From the sequence record OL615012: a stretch of 64,000 nt of DNA. One strand, written 5' to 3'. Positions within the stretch are counted from its first letter, which is position 1, and each line of letters begins with the position of its first letter. The notes under the pieces are model-generated. The model was not told where the DNA came from and made no database searches. It saw only the letters and a list, made by a program, of their open reading frames with translations. Both the position numbers and the translations under genes were made by a program. Source of the DNA: Shigella phage vB_SboM_Phaginator. Below, one piece after another: positions 36,284-46,186 of this stretch.

Positions 36284-36308
36284 ATTTTACCAAAAATTTA
36301 TAAAGCAA
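36284..36308 (-). promoter_or_regulatory. MotA-dependent middle promoter candidate for alpha-gt
   Basis: Minus strand TTGCTTTA, 11 nt, TAAAAT, ~25 nt upstream of the alpha-gt ATG. Confidence 0.5.
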
Positions 36309-36325
36309 TATAGGAGCCGAAGCTC

Positions 36326-36499
36326 CTATCCGCATAATACGCCATACAGAGGCTCGTTAGAACTTTTAAATTTTATGCGCTTATATTTTATAGTTCCTTC
36401 TGCTTTAGCTTTATCATGAGACTCTTTAAAGCGTCTCATCATTTCCTCTTTAGAGGAACGAATTTTATTATAATCTATTTCAGAAGTCTGGGTGTTCAT
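36326..36499 (-). CDS. small basic protein (57 aa)
   Basis: Hand-translated MNTQTSEIDYNKIRSSKEEMMRRFKESHDKAKAEG...; stop lies in a GGAGC-CGAA-GCTCC hairpin. Confidence 0.4.
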   Translation of the reverse strand: MNTQTSEIDYNKIRSSKEEMMRRFKESHDKAKAEGTIKYKRIKFKSSNEPLYGVLCG

Positions 36500-36502
36500 C
36501 TT

Positions 36503-36709
36503 TCATAGTTGCCACCATTTTTTGACTTGATAGGAATCAACCCACACTTTCATATTAGGGTCTGCTCTTACAATAGGAGGATTAACTTCTTTAATTGAAC
36601 TATCATGGTATTCTTTTTCAGAAATTTTCACACAAAGATGACCATTCAAAGATTCAGTAAATCCTGCATTAATTTTAAGACGCTTGAATTTTACGTGTGT
36701 AAGCATCAA
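36503..36709 (-). CDS. hypothetical protein (68 aa)
   Basis: ORF-track ORF between 55 and alpha-gt. Confidence 0.5.
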   Translation of the reverse strand: MMLTHVKFKRLKINAGFTESLNGHLCVKISEKEYHDSSIKEVNPPIVRADPNMKVWVDSYQVKKWWQL

Positions 36710-36992
36710 TCATATCCTCAATTTGCGATCTAGTAGTCTTCCAAAGAATACTGATGAGTTCATCGTTATATGGCTGTTTTAGAATATCCCGACTTTTCTT
36801 GATAGCATATTCGTATTGAGCAAAATTATTGTTTTCAGCTGCAATCTGAGCGTGCTTATAAAGACGATTCAGTTCGCGTTTGTTTTTAGACAATAACTTA
36901 TTTGCTTTTCTTTCTGCTTCAAGACGGTTCTTTTCTTCAATAGAAGAAATAAGCTTTTCCACTTCATCATTAATTTCGGGTTTATCAGTCAT
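36675..36992 (-). CDS. hypothetical protein (105 aa)
   Basis: ORF-track ORF. Confidence 0.55.
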   Translation of the reverse strand: MTDKPEINDEVEKLISSIEEKNRLEAERKANKLLSKNKRELNRLYKHAQIAAENNNFAQYEYAIKKSRDILKQPYNDELISILWKTTRSQIEDMIDAYTRKIQAS

Positions 36993-36993
36993 A

Positions 36994-37212
36994 TTATTTC
37001 TCTAATATAAAATAAAAATCATCATCTGTTAAATGATACCGATAGTTTAATTCTACACCATTAGATTTAAAAGCGGTATCATACGGATTTTCTGGATCAA
37101 TATCAATGTCAAGAGCTAAAACTTCCCTGAGATACATTTTAAGTAAATAGGGAATAGCTTCAACTTCAGGTATTTCTTCCAAGAATCCGGAGAGGTTAAT
37201 CGTTAGCCTCAT
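36994..37212 (-). CDS. hypothetical protein (72 aa)
   Basis: ORF-track ORF directly downstream of gene 55. Confidence 0.55.
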
Positions 37213-37753
37213 ATAAAAAATCCAAACTAGGAGAATCGTCTACAACACTTTTCTTTTCAGCCCCCGGTGTTCTATAGGTTGATTCTTCGTAATGCGTCAT
37301 TTTATCGTAGATGTCTTGAATAAAAGTTTCATCTACTAACGCAACCATATCGTCGTCACGACTGTCATAGACATTGTGAACGAAGTAACTATATTTCTTT
37401 GCAACTTCCTTACGTTCTTTTTTAATACGCTGGACGAATGCATTAAAACAAGCTTGAGTTATATATGCATGTGGGTTTTTATATTTCGTTTCATCAAAAT
37501 TATGAAGCCCCTTAATAGAAGCTTCTATACCATCTGCAATCATTTCTTGTTTCCAAGACTGGGTGTATCCTGAAAAGTTGAAACGTTTAGATAAGCCTTC
37601 TGCAATAAGCATAATGGCTAATCCGATAGTATCATTCTGACGAACTACTTTATTTGGGTCTTTATTATTTGCTAATTCTGTTTTCCAATCAATAATAGCT
37701 TGTAAAAGCTCTTTATTGTTTACGTAATTATATTTAGGCTTAGTTTCTGACAT
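37196..37753 (-). CDS. 55: late sigma factor gp55
   Basis: Trimmed to [23 protein letters not shown]... (185 aa); matches T4 gp55 as recalled. Confidence 0.95.
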
Positions 37754-37831
37754 TTTCACCTCTTAGCTCAATTCATAGATCTATTATATCATAATATTTG
37801 AAGATCTATCTTAAAGCATAGAGGATATCAG

Positions 37832-38101
37832 TTATCTAAGTAAGCAGTATGCTTGGAACACTTTCTCCATCATCTTTTTAAATTCATGAATATCTATATA
37901 ATGACTAGTTAGATCAGCATGATATAAAAAGTCTAAAAACTTTTCATGTGTACTAGCATATTCACTTTCATTTAATTCAGAAACATGGCTTTCCCAATAT
38001 CCAACACCAGTCTTATTTGGGAAAAATGAAATTTTCATGTATTGGTCAACATAGAAAATGCCATAATTTTCAATAGTAATAGAAATATTAATAAATTTCA
38101 T
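37832..38101 (-). CDS. hypothetical protein (89 aa)
   Basis: ORF-track ORF in the 55-nrdH interval. Confidence 0.5.
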   Translation of the reverse strand: MKFINISITIENYGIFYVDQYMKISFFPNKTGVGYWESHVSELNESEYASTHEKFLDFLYHADLTSHYIDIHEFKKMMEKVFQAYCLLR

Positions 38102-38313
38102 ACATTCATCAACTTAGCCGCTTCAAGAGCTGCATCTAGTGAATCAAATTGGTCAACGTATTCAATCAATTCGCCGTAATTGGCATATAACCACCATTGG
38201 CTAAATTCATACTCAAGGATGAATCCATTTCCCTCAATTTGAGTTAAACCATTGCCGTTTGTATTTACTTCATATCCGGCAAGACGTAAATCGTTAATAA
38301 GAGCTTCGTTCAT
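38098..38313 (-). CDS. hypothetical protein (71 aa)
   Basis: ORF-track ORF; ATGA coupling. Confidence 0.5.
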   Translation of the reverse strand: MNEALINDLRLAGYEVNTNGNGLTQIEGNGFILEYEFSQWWLYANYGELIEYVDQFDSLDAALEAAKLMNV

Positions 38314-38315
38314 AA

Positions 38316-38642
38316 TTATACCTTAGTAATTTTCAGGTCTGCAAATTTTTTCTTGCGTTGATTTTTCATGCGACGAATAGTTTTATCGGAAATTTCATGC
38401 TTTTGATAAGCTTTAGATTCTACACCAAAAGCTTTAACATCAAATTCTGACAAGATATATTGAACCAACAATTCACGGACAGTATTGCGTCCAATCTTCT
38501 GATCATTCTGTTTCATCGTCTGATGAAGCTCTTTTTCCCATTTATCCAAAATTTGAGGAGTTACAATATCGCCTTTTTCTAGCAAAGAAACTACTTTATC
38601 ATATGCGTAAGAATTGATGGCGTTTTTAATTTGAATAGTCAT
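38316..38642 (-). CDS. hypothetical protein (108 aa)
   Basis: ORF-track ORF. Confidence 0.55.
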   Translation of the reverse strand: MTIQIKNAINSYAYDKVVSLLEKGDIVTPQILDKWEKELHQTMKQNDQKIGRNTVRELLVQYILSEFDVKAFGVESKAYQKHEISDKTIRRMKNQRKKKFADLKITKV

Positions 38643-38675
38643 ACATTATCCTCAATTACGTTAAAATTTTATTAT

Positions 38676-38696
38676 CCAAAAAGGGCCGAAGCCCTT
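38676..38696 (-). terminator. intrinsic terminator
   Basis: Minus strand AAGGGC-UUCG-GCCCUU followed by UUUUU. Confidence 0.6.
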
Positions 38697-38895
38697 AGCT
38701 AAACTTTTTGGCACCCTTCCAGCCTTCATACATCATTGCGGCTGATATTAATATTGCTCCTGAGCAACTTGAATATTTGTGATTCCAAAACCAGTTTAGA
38801 AAAACTTCATCGTCAATACCTTGGGCTATCATATTTTCAAAGAACTGACGACGAGATTCGGCAATTCGTTGTGATAATTTAGATTCAGGATTCAT
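38695..38895 (-). CDS. hypothetical protein (66 aa)
   Basis: ORF-track ORF. Confidence 0.5.
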   Translation of the reverse strand: MNPESKLSQRIAESRRQFFENMIAQGIDDEVFLNWFWNHKYSSCSGAILISAAMMYEGWKGAKKFS

Positions 38896-39027
38896 TTAAA
38901 TTTTCCAGTTACCGTTTTCATCAATAAATTTAATCCAGTCATTTACTGACCACTTAGTTGTATCACCTTTTGGAGTAACATTTAAAGTGTATAACCCCTG
39001 CTTAAAAAGCATTCGTTTGATATTCAT
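38896..39027 (-). CDS. small hypothetical protein (43 aa)
   Basis: ORF-track ORF 38896..39111 trimmed to an internal ATG to avoid 77-nt overlap with the upstream gene. Confidence 0.35.
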   Translation of the reverse strand: MNIKRMLFKQGLYTLNVTPKGDTTKWSVNDWIKFIDENGNWKI

Positions 39028-39034
39028 ATTTTCC

Positions 39035-39328
39035 TCAGCTGTAACGATAACACTCGTTTGATTTACGTTTAGCAACTCGTTGAGAAGTATTATAATCAAA
39101 ATCATCGTCAATGTAAACTGATTTTTTCAACTTTCTTACTTCACCACGTAATTGGCGATTTAGCTCATCTTTAACTTCTGAATCAATGCCTTTCATTCTA
39201 CGCCATTTATCTGAGCGAAAAATGTTTTCAACCATATCTTTATGACTTACCCCATCAGGAGCTTTACGCTTTCCGAAATAGTCATAATCACGAACTTTCA
39301 AGTCTTTACGACGATACGTTTTACCCAT
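39035..39328 (-). CDS. basic hypothetical protein (~97 aa)
   Basis: ORF-track ORF trimmed to MGKTYRRKDLKVRDYDYFGKRK... Confidence 0.5.
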   Translation of the reverse strand: MGKTYRRKDLKVRDYDYFGKRKAPDGVSHKDMVENIFRSDKWRRMKGIDSEVKDELNRQLRGEVRKLKKSVYIDDDFDYNTSQRVAKRKSNECYRYS

Positions 39329-39503
39329 GGAGTTTAATTTCCTTAGCAACTGAACTAAATACAGCACGATCGCAAATCATGCGTTTATGTAACTTGAGTA
39401 TAATATAGCAAACTTCAAAACTATTTACATGAATAACACGAACAGCATTACCATTAATGAGATAATACTGTCCCTTTTTAATTTCTTTATCAACCATAAC
39501 CAT
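39321..39503 (-). CDS. hypothetical protein (60 aa)
   Basis: ORF-track ORF downstream of nrdH. Confidence 0.5.
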   Translation of the reverse strand: MVMVDKEIKKGQYYLINGNAVRVIHVNSFEVCYIILKLHKRMICDRAVFSSVAKEIKLHG

Positions 39504-39635
39504 ATCAATTCCTCAAAGGTAATTCATATGTTAATAATACCACGGTTTGAACTTGTTGTAAACAACTTTGTGAAAAATATTTTAGGGAATGACAAGAAGG
39601 GAACGATAGCTTAGAATGGTAATATACAGAATGTA

Positions 39636-39658
39636 AGAAAGAAAGGCCCAGAGGGCCC
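39636..39658 (-). terminator. candidate terminator after nrdH
   Basis: GGGCC / GGCCC hairpin followed by a U-rich run on the minus strand. Confidence 0.45.
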
Positions 39659-39661
39659 GTC

Positions 39662-39970
39662 TTAGTCTTCTATGATATCTCTATTATATCCAAGTGAAAT
39701 GAGAGTTTCTTTGAAGTGTTTAATGTTCTTTTGTCTAGAATCATTAATGAAAATGACTGGATAACGAATGTTAAGAGATGTGAATCCAGCGCGTTTAGCA
39801 AGAGATACAATCAGCGGACGATCATACTCAATCTTACCATTATTTGTAAGAACTTTATAGAAAGTAAAAGGAGCATTAAGCTCCTTTAGAAGTTTTGTAA
39901 CTGATTGACATCCAGGACAACGACCTACTTCATCTGGAATTCCATAGACTTCAATCTTATTTTGTTTCAC
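39662..39970 (-). CDS. nrdH: glutaredoxin-like protein NrdH
   Basis: 102-aa ORF with CPGC redox motif; T4 NrdH length and position. Confidence 0.85.
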   Translation of the reverse strand: MKQNKIEVYGIPDEVGRCPGCQSVTKLLKELNAPFTFYKVLTNNGKIEYDRPLIVSLAKRAGFTSLNIRYPVIFINDSRQKNIKHFKETLISLGYNRDIIED

Positions 39971-39972
39971 AA

Positions 39973-40185
39973 CTATTCCTTACTAAGAGCAGCATTCAGC
40001 TTGTTAGTAATTTTATCCAGACGCTTATTGAACTCACTAGAAGATAAGCCCTTTTCTGGAGAAATTAAACTAATCACGAAAAATATAGCAATAAAAGGAA
40101 TAAGGAAAATAGCTCCAACTGCCATAAACAGAAAGAATGTTACGGTTGTAAGAAAATCAGCTAAACCTTTACGAAATTTATACAT
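39973..40185 (-). CDS. small membrane protein (70 aa)
   Basis: Hydrophobic stretch FLFMAVGAIFLIPFIAIFFVISLI. Confidence 0.55.
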   Translation of the reverse strand: MYKFRKGLADFLTTVTFFLFMAVGAIFLIPFIAIFFVISLISPEKGLSSSEFNKRLDKITNKLNAALSKE

Positions 40186-40299
40186 ATTTACCCTTAATTA
40201 ATTAACCAAGCATTGATAAGCACTAAACTATATTGTGAATAAAATTCTGGACCAAAATGAAAAATCATATCATTTATAGTATCCATAATGTAATTCAAT

Positions 40300-40770
40300 T
40301 TAATCATGTGTCCACACCCCATCGGTATTTGACCAAAGTCGCTGATTATCTGATCCTCGCCACAGCTTTTTAGTCGGAAGATTTTTCTCATACTTCCCAT
40401 CAATAATAACATCAACATATTTAAGCATTTCTAGTTGTTTAATATCTTCAAACTTATATCCTGTCCACAACCAAATGCTTTTATTGGGATAAAGATTTTT
40501 TACTGTTTGAACAATGCAATGAATAACATCTCGGTTATCAGGATAGAGAGGGTCACCTCCGGTTATAGTCAATCCTTCTATATAATCATTATTCAAACAT
40601 TCAATTAATTGTTCTAGTGTTTCACTAGTGAATGGAATACCATTTCTAGCATTCCATGTTGATTTATTATAACACCCTTCGCATTTATGCAAACAACCTG
40701 TAACGAAAAGAACGACCCTGCAACCAGGGCCATTCACAAAATCGCAAGGATAAAATCTATCATAATTCAT
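40300..40770 (-). CDS. nrdG: anaerobic ribonucleotide reductase activase NrdG (radical SAM)
   Basis: 156-aa ORF with CLHKCEGCYN cluster; T4 NrdG length. Confidence 0.9.
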   Translation of the reverse strand: MNYDRFYPCDFVNGPGCRVVLFVTGCLHKCEGCYNKSTWNARNGIPFTSETLEQLIECLNNDYIEGLTITGGDPLYPDNRDVIHCIVQTVKNLYPNKSIWLWTGYKFEDIKQLEMLKYVDVIIDGKYEKNLPTKKLWRGSDNQRLWSNTDGVWTHD

Positions 40771-42584
40771 TGGTGTTTAACCCTATGCATGATTTCTTTA
40801 TTTTTACCGAGATTAAATCCGCGCTCGTTCGGATTTCCCAAATAACCGCATGTTCTTCTTATGGTATTCATCTTTTTAGGATCAGTTTCTCCACAAATAG
40901 AACAAACAAATCCGTTTTCAGTAGGAGTCATTTCATGGGTACTTCCACACGTAAAACATTTATCTACTGGCATGTTAACACCAAAATAATCTAAATGCTG
41001 TGCAGCATAATCCCATACGGCCTCAAGACCTTTTAGATTATTTTTCATATCAGGAAGTTCAACATAAGAAATGTGACCACCTGTCGCAATGAAATGATAT
41101 GGCGCTTCACGAGAAATCTTTTCAAACGGAGTAATATTTTCTTCTACTGAAACATGGAAACTATTAGTGTACCAGCCTTTATCAGTAACATCTTTTACGC
41201 TTCCATATTTTTCTGTATCAAGTTTACAGAAGCGATAACAAAGGTTTTCAGCAGGAGTAGAATACAAGCTAAAAGCAAATCCGGTTCTTTCAGTCCACTG
41301 TTTAAGACGAGCATTCATTTTAGTTAAAATTTCTTGTCCAATATCACGACCGACAAGAATATTCAATTCGTGAATACCAATGTATCCTAGAGACACTGAA
41401 CTTCTGCCATTTTTAAATAACTCAATTATATCGTCATCAGGTTTAAGACGAACCCCGAATGCACCTTCTTGGTAAAGAATAGGAGCAACAGTCGCTTTAA
41501 CTCCTTTTAAGGAACTAATTCTACACATCAAAGCTTCAAAACATAAATCCATTCGTTCATTGAATAATTCAACAAATTTCTGTTCATTGAATTGTGTTCC
41601 AATATAAGAATCTAATGCGATACGAGGAAGATTCAGTGTTACAACACCGAGATTATTACGTCCATCAAGAATTTCATTGCCAGTCGAATCTTTCCATACA
41701 CTCAAGAAACTGCGGCAACCCATTGGAGAAACAGGAATAGATGAACCAGTGATAGCTTTATTGTTCTTAGCTGAAATAATATCAGGATACATCCTTTTGC
41801 TTGCACACTCTAGAGCAAGCTGTTTAATATCATAGTTCGGATCGTCTTTGTAAAGATTAACACCTTCTTCAACGAACATAACAAGCTTAGGGAAAATAGG
41901 AGTTATCCCATCACGACCAAGACCTTTAATGCGATTTTTCAGAATTGCTTTCTGAATCATTCGTTCAGTCCAGTCAGTTCCCGTACCAAATGTAATTGTT
42001 ACAAAAGGCGTTTGTCCGTTTGAACTAAAGAGAGTATTTACTTCATATTCATAAGCTTGGAATGCATCGTATACGTCTTTTTCTGTTTTAGATTGAGCAT
42101 AATTCAACGCATCAGCGATTTGCCATTTTTCTGCATCCTCAATATGTTTTGCATAGGTGCGTTTAACATAAGGAGAAAGTACTTTATCTACATTCGCAAA
42201 AGTCGTTCCGCCATATTGATGGGAAGCAACTTGCGCAGTAATTTGTGCCATAATTGCAGTAGCAACGCCAATTGATTTAGGAGTTTCAATCTGCGCATTA
42301 CCAAGCTTAAATCCGTTCTCAAGCATTCCTTTTAAATCTACTAAACAGCAATTAGTAAATGGAAGAGCAGGGGAATAATCAATATCATGGAAATGAATAA
42401 TTCCGCTTTCATGCGCTTTCATAATAAAAGACGGGACCATATTTTTGGCAATGTGTTTAGACACAATACCAGCCATAAGGTCCCGTTGAGTTGGAAAAAC
42501 ACGAGAATCTTTATTAGCATTCTCGTTTAAAAGGTCTTTATTAGTTTTATGAATCAATCCTTCAATTTCTTTTTCAATTGTCAT
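40767..42584 (-). CDS. nrdD: anaerobic ribonucleoside-triphosphate reductase NrdD, uninterrupted
   Basis: 605-aa continuous ORF with C-terminal zinc ribbon CFTCGS...CSICG; T4 NrdD is 605 aa from two exons. Confidence 0.9.
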   Translation of the reverse strand: MTIEKEIEGLIHKTNKDLLNENANKDSRVFPTQRDLMAGIVSKHIAKNMVPSFIMKAHESGIIHFHDIDYSPALPFTNCCLVDLKGMLENGFKLGNAQIETPKSIGVATAIMAQITAQVASHQYGGTTFANVDKVLSPYVKRTYAKHIEDAEKWQIADALNYAQSKTEKDVYDAFQAYEYEVNTLFSSNGQTPFVTITFGTGTDWTERMIQKAILKNRIKGLGRDGITPIFPKLVMFVEEGVNLYKDDPNYDIKQLALECASKRMYPDIISAKNNKAITGSSIPVSPMGCRSFLSVWKDSTGNEILDGRNNLGVVTLNLPRIALDSYIGTQFNEQKFVELFNERMDLCFEALMCRISSLKGVKATVAPILYQEGAFGVRLKPDDDIIELFKNGRSSVSLGYIGIHELNILVGRDIGQEILTKMNARLKQWTERTGFAFSLYSTPAENLCYRFCKLDTEKYGSVKDVTDKGWYTNSFHVSVEENITPFEKISREAPYHFIATGGHISYVELPDMKNNLKGLEAVWDYAAQHLDYFGVNMPVDKCFTCGSTHEMTPTENGFVCSICGETDPKKMNTIRRTCGYLGNPNERGFNLGKNKEIMHRVKHQ

Positions 42585-43054
42585 TTTAAACTCTTTCTAA
42601 GCTGCTTCTTAAATGAAGCTATTAACTGTGTTTTAGTGTCAGATTCATTATATTCAAATCCTCTTTGAAGCATCTCAGCCATCATTTCCTCTTTTCCTAA
42701 ACGAGAAAATTCCTTTGATTTATCTCCAACAAAGTTAGGGTGAATATTATTTTGGGTGTAATCGGATTTTAAATAAGTAAGTAAATTTTCTAACCATTCA
42801 AGATAATCAACACCTTGTCCCTTTAAGCCAGAACGATTAAATTTGTGCTTCATTTGACCTTCCGTAGCATTGCAGAGATTACAAAGCAATCCACGCACCT
42901 TTCCTGCTTTTGGTCCATTTAATTCATGGTCATGGTCGAGGTGATTAGCTTGAACATCAGGATTTAGTTCTCGTTGGCAAATTAAGCATTTACCGTTTTG
43001 TGCATCATAAAATTTCTGTTTTTCTTCTTTATATAATTTGCCAGTCAATAACAT
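42581..43054 (-). CDS. 49: endonuclease VII (gp49)
   Basis: 157-aa ORF MLLTGKLYKEEKQKFYDAQNGKCLICQREL...; matches T4 gp49 as recalled. Confidence 0.95.
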   Translation of the reverse strand: MLLTGKLYKEEKQKFYDAQNGKCLICQRELNPDVQANHLDHDHELNGPKAGKVRGLLCNLCNATEGQMKHKFNRSGLKGQGVDYLEWLENLLTYLKSDYTQNNIHPNFVGDKSKEFSRLGKEEMMAEMLQRGFEYNESDTKTQLIASFKKQLRKSLK

Positions 43055-43095
43055 AATAAACCCTTACCTTAAATAGATAAGGGTATTTATTATTT

Positions 43096-43599
43096 TCAAG
43101 TATTGTAAAACATTTGATTCAATCGCTTATATTGCCGAATCTTTTGGTCAGAAAAAGAAATTTGGGTTTCAAGCCATTCAATATATTCTGCCGCAGCTTG
43201 CATCAAATTTCCTTCATAGCCATCGTTATTTTCTTGTGCAGCTAATTTAGCTAATGCATATGAAATACGTTCACCTTGAAAATCAGCTTTAGGCTTCTGA
43301 ACAACTTGATTAGTTCGCTCTACAACTTCTTCAATTTCGCCATTTTCGACTGATTCAGTATTCCACAAGCACCAATACGTAATTGGCTTATCGTAGATGT
43401 TAATAATCTTTCCATCATAAAGTTCAATTTCAATAATTCCAGTGTCAGGCTCTATATCATCTTCACATTCTTTTGCAAGTTCACGAACTTTAAAGACAGT
43501 ACCTGCACTAAGTTCCGGCCAGTAATTACACAGCCCTGTATCAGCACGATTAATTCTAAACCACTTATCTACTGTAATCATGTCCCATCTCCATATCAA
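43096..43599 (-). CDS. pin: Pin-like protein (protease inhibitor position)
   Basis: 167-aa ORF directly downstream of gene 49 as T4 pin. Confidence 0.6.
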   Translation of the reverse strand: MIWRWDMITVDKWFRINRADTGLCNYWPELSAGTVFKVRELAKECEDDIEPDTGIIEIELYDGKIINIYDKPITYWCLWNTESVENGEIEEVVERTNQVVQKPKADFQGERISYALAKLAAQENNDGYEGNLMQAAAEYIEWLETQISFSDQKIRQYKRLNQMFYNT

Positions 43600-43704
43600 T
43601 TAAGTCATTTATCGTTGGTTCATTATATACTGTTTCTTCATCAGTGTAAACCGGTTCTTCCGGCTCTGGCTCTACAGTTTCCCATCTAGCCGCCCACCAA
43701 GGTT

Positions 43705-44025
43705 TTATAGCGTAATCCATTCTCGTACTGTCTGAGTTACTACACGTTCACGGGGCTCGACTAGTTCAACAGTCGGAACTGCATAATACCAGTCAGAATG
43801 ATAAGAACCTGACCGAGATTCATTTACAGCCACATGTACATTATGTTTTGGACTAAAGTAAACACACTGACGATATTGACATTTACCATCTTGCACCCAG
43901 TCTTCTATTTCGACAGGTTTAAGATAATCGGAAAAATCGAAATCATAGTTTTCCGAAAATGCATCATGGTCTTCAATGATTTCGCTCAGAACTGCATCAA
44001 CATCTAATTTATTTTCAATAGTCAT
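43705..44025 (-). CDS. hypothetical protein (106 aa)
   Basis: ORF-track ORF between nrdC and pin. Confidence 0.55.
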   Translation of the reverse strand: MTIENKLDVDAVLSEIIEDHDAFSENYDFDFSDYLKPVEIEDWVQDGKCQYRQCVYFSPKHNVHVAVNESRSGSYHSDWYYAVPTVELVEPRERVVTQTVREWITL

Positions 44026-44208
44026 TTTTCACCAATTAATTTCGCAATTTATTAAGTTCTTCATCATCAATCCAGGATTCTAGTCCTGATGGCAGGGCAC
44101 ATTCAATTTCCCAAAGAAGTTCTTCAATTTTATGAAGACGATCTAGTTCTTCAGCAGGAATAGTAACCATTGACGGAGCTCGTGATACATTAATATCGTA
44201 AATCATAT

Positions 44209-44424
44209 TTACCCCAATTTAACCATACAATCGCCGTATTTCCACTTAGAAATAGACTTTTCACCATTAGAATAATAAACTTCGAGTTTAGCACGATTAT
44301 TTTTAATTTGAATAACCTTGGCTGTCATCAAAGTTCCATACCCATAATAAACTGCAACTTCATCACCTACATATACCGCGCTTCCGCGATAATCATGAAT
44401 ATAATCAGTTCCTTCGAGCATCAT
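44209..44424 (-). CDS. hypothetical protein (71 aa)
   Basis: ORF-track ORF; ATGA overlap with nrdC. Confidence 0.55.
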   Translation of the reverse strand: MMLEGTDYIHDYRGSAVYVGDEVAVYYGYGTLMTAKVIQIKNNRAKLEVYYSNGEKSISKWKYGDCMVKLG

Positions 44425-44684
44425 TTAAAATATTCTCGCAGTTGGTCAAATCCACCAATATGACTTCCATCAGGAGCAAATATCTGGGGCATTGTTAAGC
44501 CGATTTGAGTATCACGACCTAGTTTAGTCAGAAGCTCAGCGATTTTCTCATCATCAAAAACACCTTTTTCCGGCATAATGTTGATAAATTCAAACGGCTG
44601 TTTCTTCACAGTCAAAAGACGTTTTGCATTATCGCAATACACGCATTTATGAATGTTGCTATCATAACCATATACTTTAAACAT
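44421..44684 (-). CDS. nrdC: thioredoxin/glutaredoxin NrdC
   Basis: 87-aa ORF with CVYC active site; T4 NrdC length. Confidence 0.9.
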   Translation of the reverse strand: MFKVYGYDSNIHKCVYCDNAKRLLTVKKQPFEFINIMPEKGVFDDEKIAELLTKLGRDTQIGLTMPQIFAPDGSHIGGFDQLREYFK

Positions 44685-44685
44685 A

Positions 44686-44943
44686 TTATTCCTTAATTCC
44701 TAGTACTTGTTTAAAAGTCTCATCGTAATCAAGACTTTGGCCTGTTTGTTCTTTATGTTTGTATATAATATCACTTACTTCTAATAGCATATTTTTGTAT
44801 GAACGAGTTAAAGCAGATTTAAGCACGCTGTATCTATCAGGAAATTTACCATGTTCATTATAATAAGCTATTGCTAATTCACGGACTGCCTTTTCAGCAG
44901 CCTCCATATATTCTTTACGCTTGGTCATTTTCTTCTCGGTCAA
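44686..44943 (-). CDS. hypothetical protein (85 aa), 1st ORF after nrdC
   Basis: ORF-track ORF; positional equivalent of T4 nrdC.1. Confidence 0.55.
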   Translation of the reverse strand: MTEKKMTKRKEYMEAAEKAVRELAIAYYNEHGKFPDRYSVLKSALTRSYKNMLLEVSDIIYKHKEQTGQSLDYDETFKQVLGIKE

Positions 44944-45211
44944 ATCGGTGTTTACAATGGCGACATTTATAACGAAGATTACTAGTCTGCCAATGAACTA
45001 ATTGTACCTGTTCAGTACCGCATTCAGGGCAATTAGGAACGTTTTTAGAAGCCCTTTCGCGACGCTTAACCATAGCCATAATGGCATCCCATGCTGGAGG
45101 TTTAAAATCTAAATCGTCAGTAACTAGCAGTCCTTTATCAAACCCAGCGCATGGAGTCCATTCAGGAAAATCTGAAGCTTCGGCAATATCTTCTAATAAA
45201 CGCTTTTTCAT
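44915..45211 (-). CDS. zinc-ribbon protein (98 aa), 2nd ORF after nrdC
   Basis: CPECG...CRHCKHRF four-Cys ribbon. Confidence 0.6.
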   Translation of the reverse strand: MKKRLLEDIAEASDFPEWTPCAGFDKGLLVTDDLDFKPPAWDAIMAMVKRRERASKNVPNCPECGTEQVQLVHWQTSNLRYKCRHCKHRFDREENDQA

Positions 45212-46134
45212 TTCAGTACCTCAATAGCATCACGTAAACCATTTGCTTTGGCGGTTAAAGCCTTAAGAACTTTAGTATGCTCTTCAATCTGTTTTTCAAC
45301 TTCAATCAAACGAGCACTGAGATATTCGCGTTCTTCTTTCATAGTATCATTCCCACGATTGGGCTTTGGCGTAGGTTTAAATTTACTAGGGTCCTTTAAC
45401 TTAATAACAACTTTAGTTTCAAACAGTGAAAGACCATAATTCGTATTATCATCAAAGGATTCAACTACGTCCATTTTAGACAATAACGTACGAAGATTAT
45501 AAGTCAAAGAACGAATCGTTTTATTATGTTTATTAGCTTCACATGGTTTCATATATGGAAGATTTTTATATATTTCATGTGGAGCACAAACAATAATTGA
45601 CAATTCAAATAGTCCATTCTGTGATGATGGAATGAATTTAGCCGTAACCCAATCTTTTACATTTACATTAATAGTACGGTCATCGCCATGACAAAACAGT
45701 CTACGAGAATGCTTAAAAAGCATATTCACATTATTATTAAATTCGTGTGAAAACTCACTAGCAAATTTTTCTTTACTATTTTTAGAAAACCATTCTTCTA
45801 AATAAGTTCTTTTCACGTCATTAATAATATTAAATGTAACAACATTAGCATTTGATACATTAGTCTCAATATAGCTTGGATACATAAATTTTTTAACATT
45901 ATTAACAGCTATCACAGAAGATAGTAATCGGGAACGTTTAAACCATTCAAGCAAATTACCTAACGAATGAGAATAAGCGTTTTGAGTATCTTTACAAATA
46001 TGGTTTTCCCATCCAATATAGTCTAAAAAATCACGAAGAATATTATTGATTACTGCTCTGTGTCCGATTTGATAATTACGGTGTTTAGTAATAAGACTGT
46101 CAAAATAATCAATATAATGCTTACGAGTTTTCAT
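45208..46134 (-). CDS. hypothetical protein (308 aa) with C-terminal coiled coil, 3rd ORF after nrdC
   Basis: Globular N-domain, Pro-rich linker KPTPKPNRG, heptad-rich C-terminal ~50 aa. Confidence 0.65.
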   Translation of the reverse strand: MKTRKHYIDYFDSLITKHRNYQIGHRAVINNILRDFLDYIGWENHICKDTQNAYSHSLGNLLEWFKRSRLLSSVIAVNNVKKFMYPSYIETNVSNANVVTFNIINDVKRTYLEEWFSKNSKEKFASEFSHEFNNNVNMLFKHSRRLFCHGDDRTINVNVKDWVTAKFIPSSQNGLFELSIIVCAPHEIYKNLPYMKPCEANKHNKTIRSLTYNLRTLLSKMDVVESFDDNTNYGLSLFETKVVIKLKDPSKFKPTPKPNRGNDTMKEEREYLSARLIEVEKQIEEHTKVLKALTAKANGLRDAIEVLK

Positions 46135-46186
46135 GTTCTTCTCACTTGGTTAATGATTTATACTCCGAGCCATCCTTGGCTTTAAA

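Noticed and set aside
43565-43720. Possible 51-codon ORF (MDYAIKPWWAARWETVEPEPEEPVYTDEET...) overlapping the pin start and the 3' end of the 106-aa ORF
   Set aside because: Overlaps two ORF-track genes at both ends with no clear SD; could be real but not resolvable by eye
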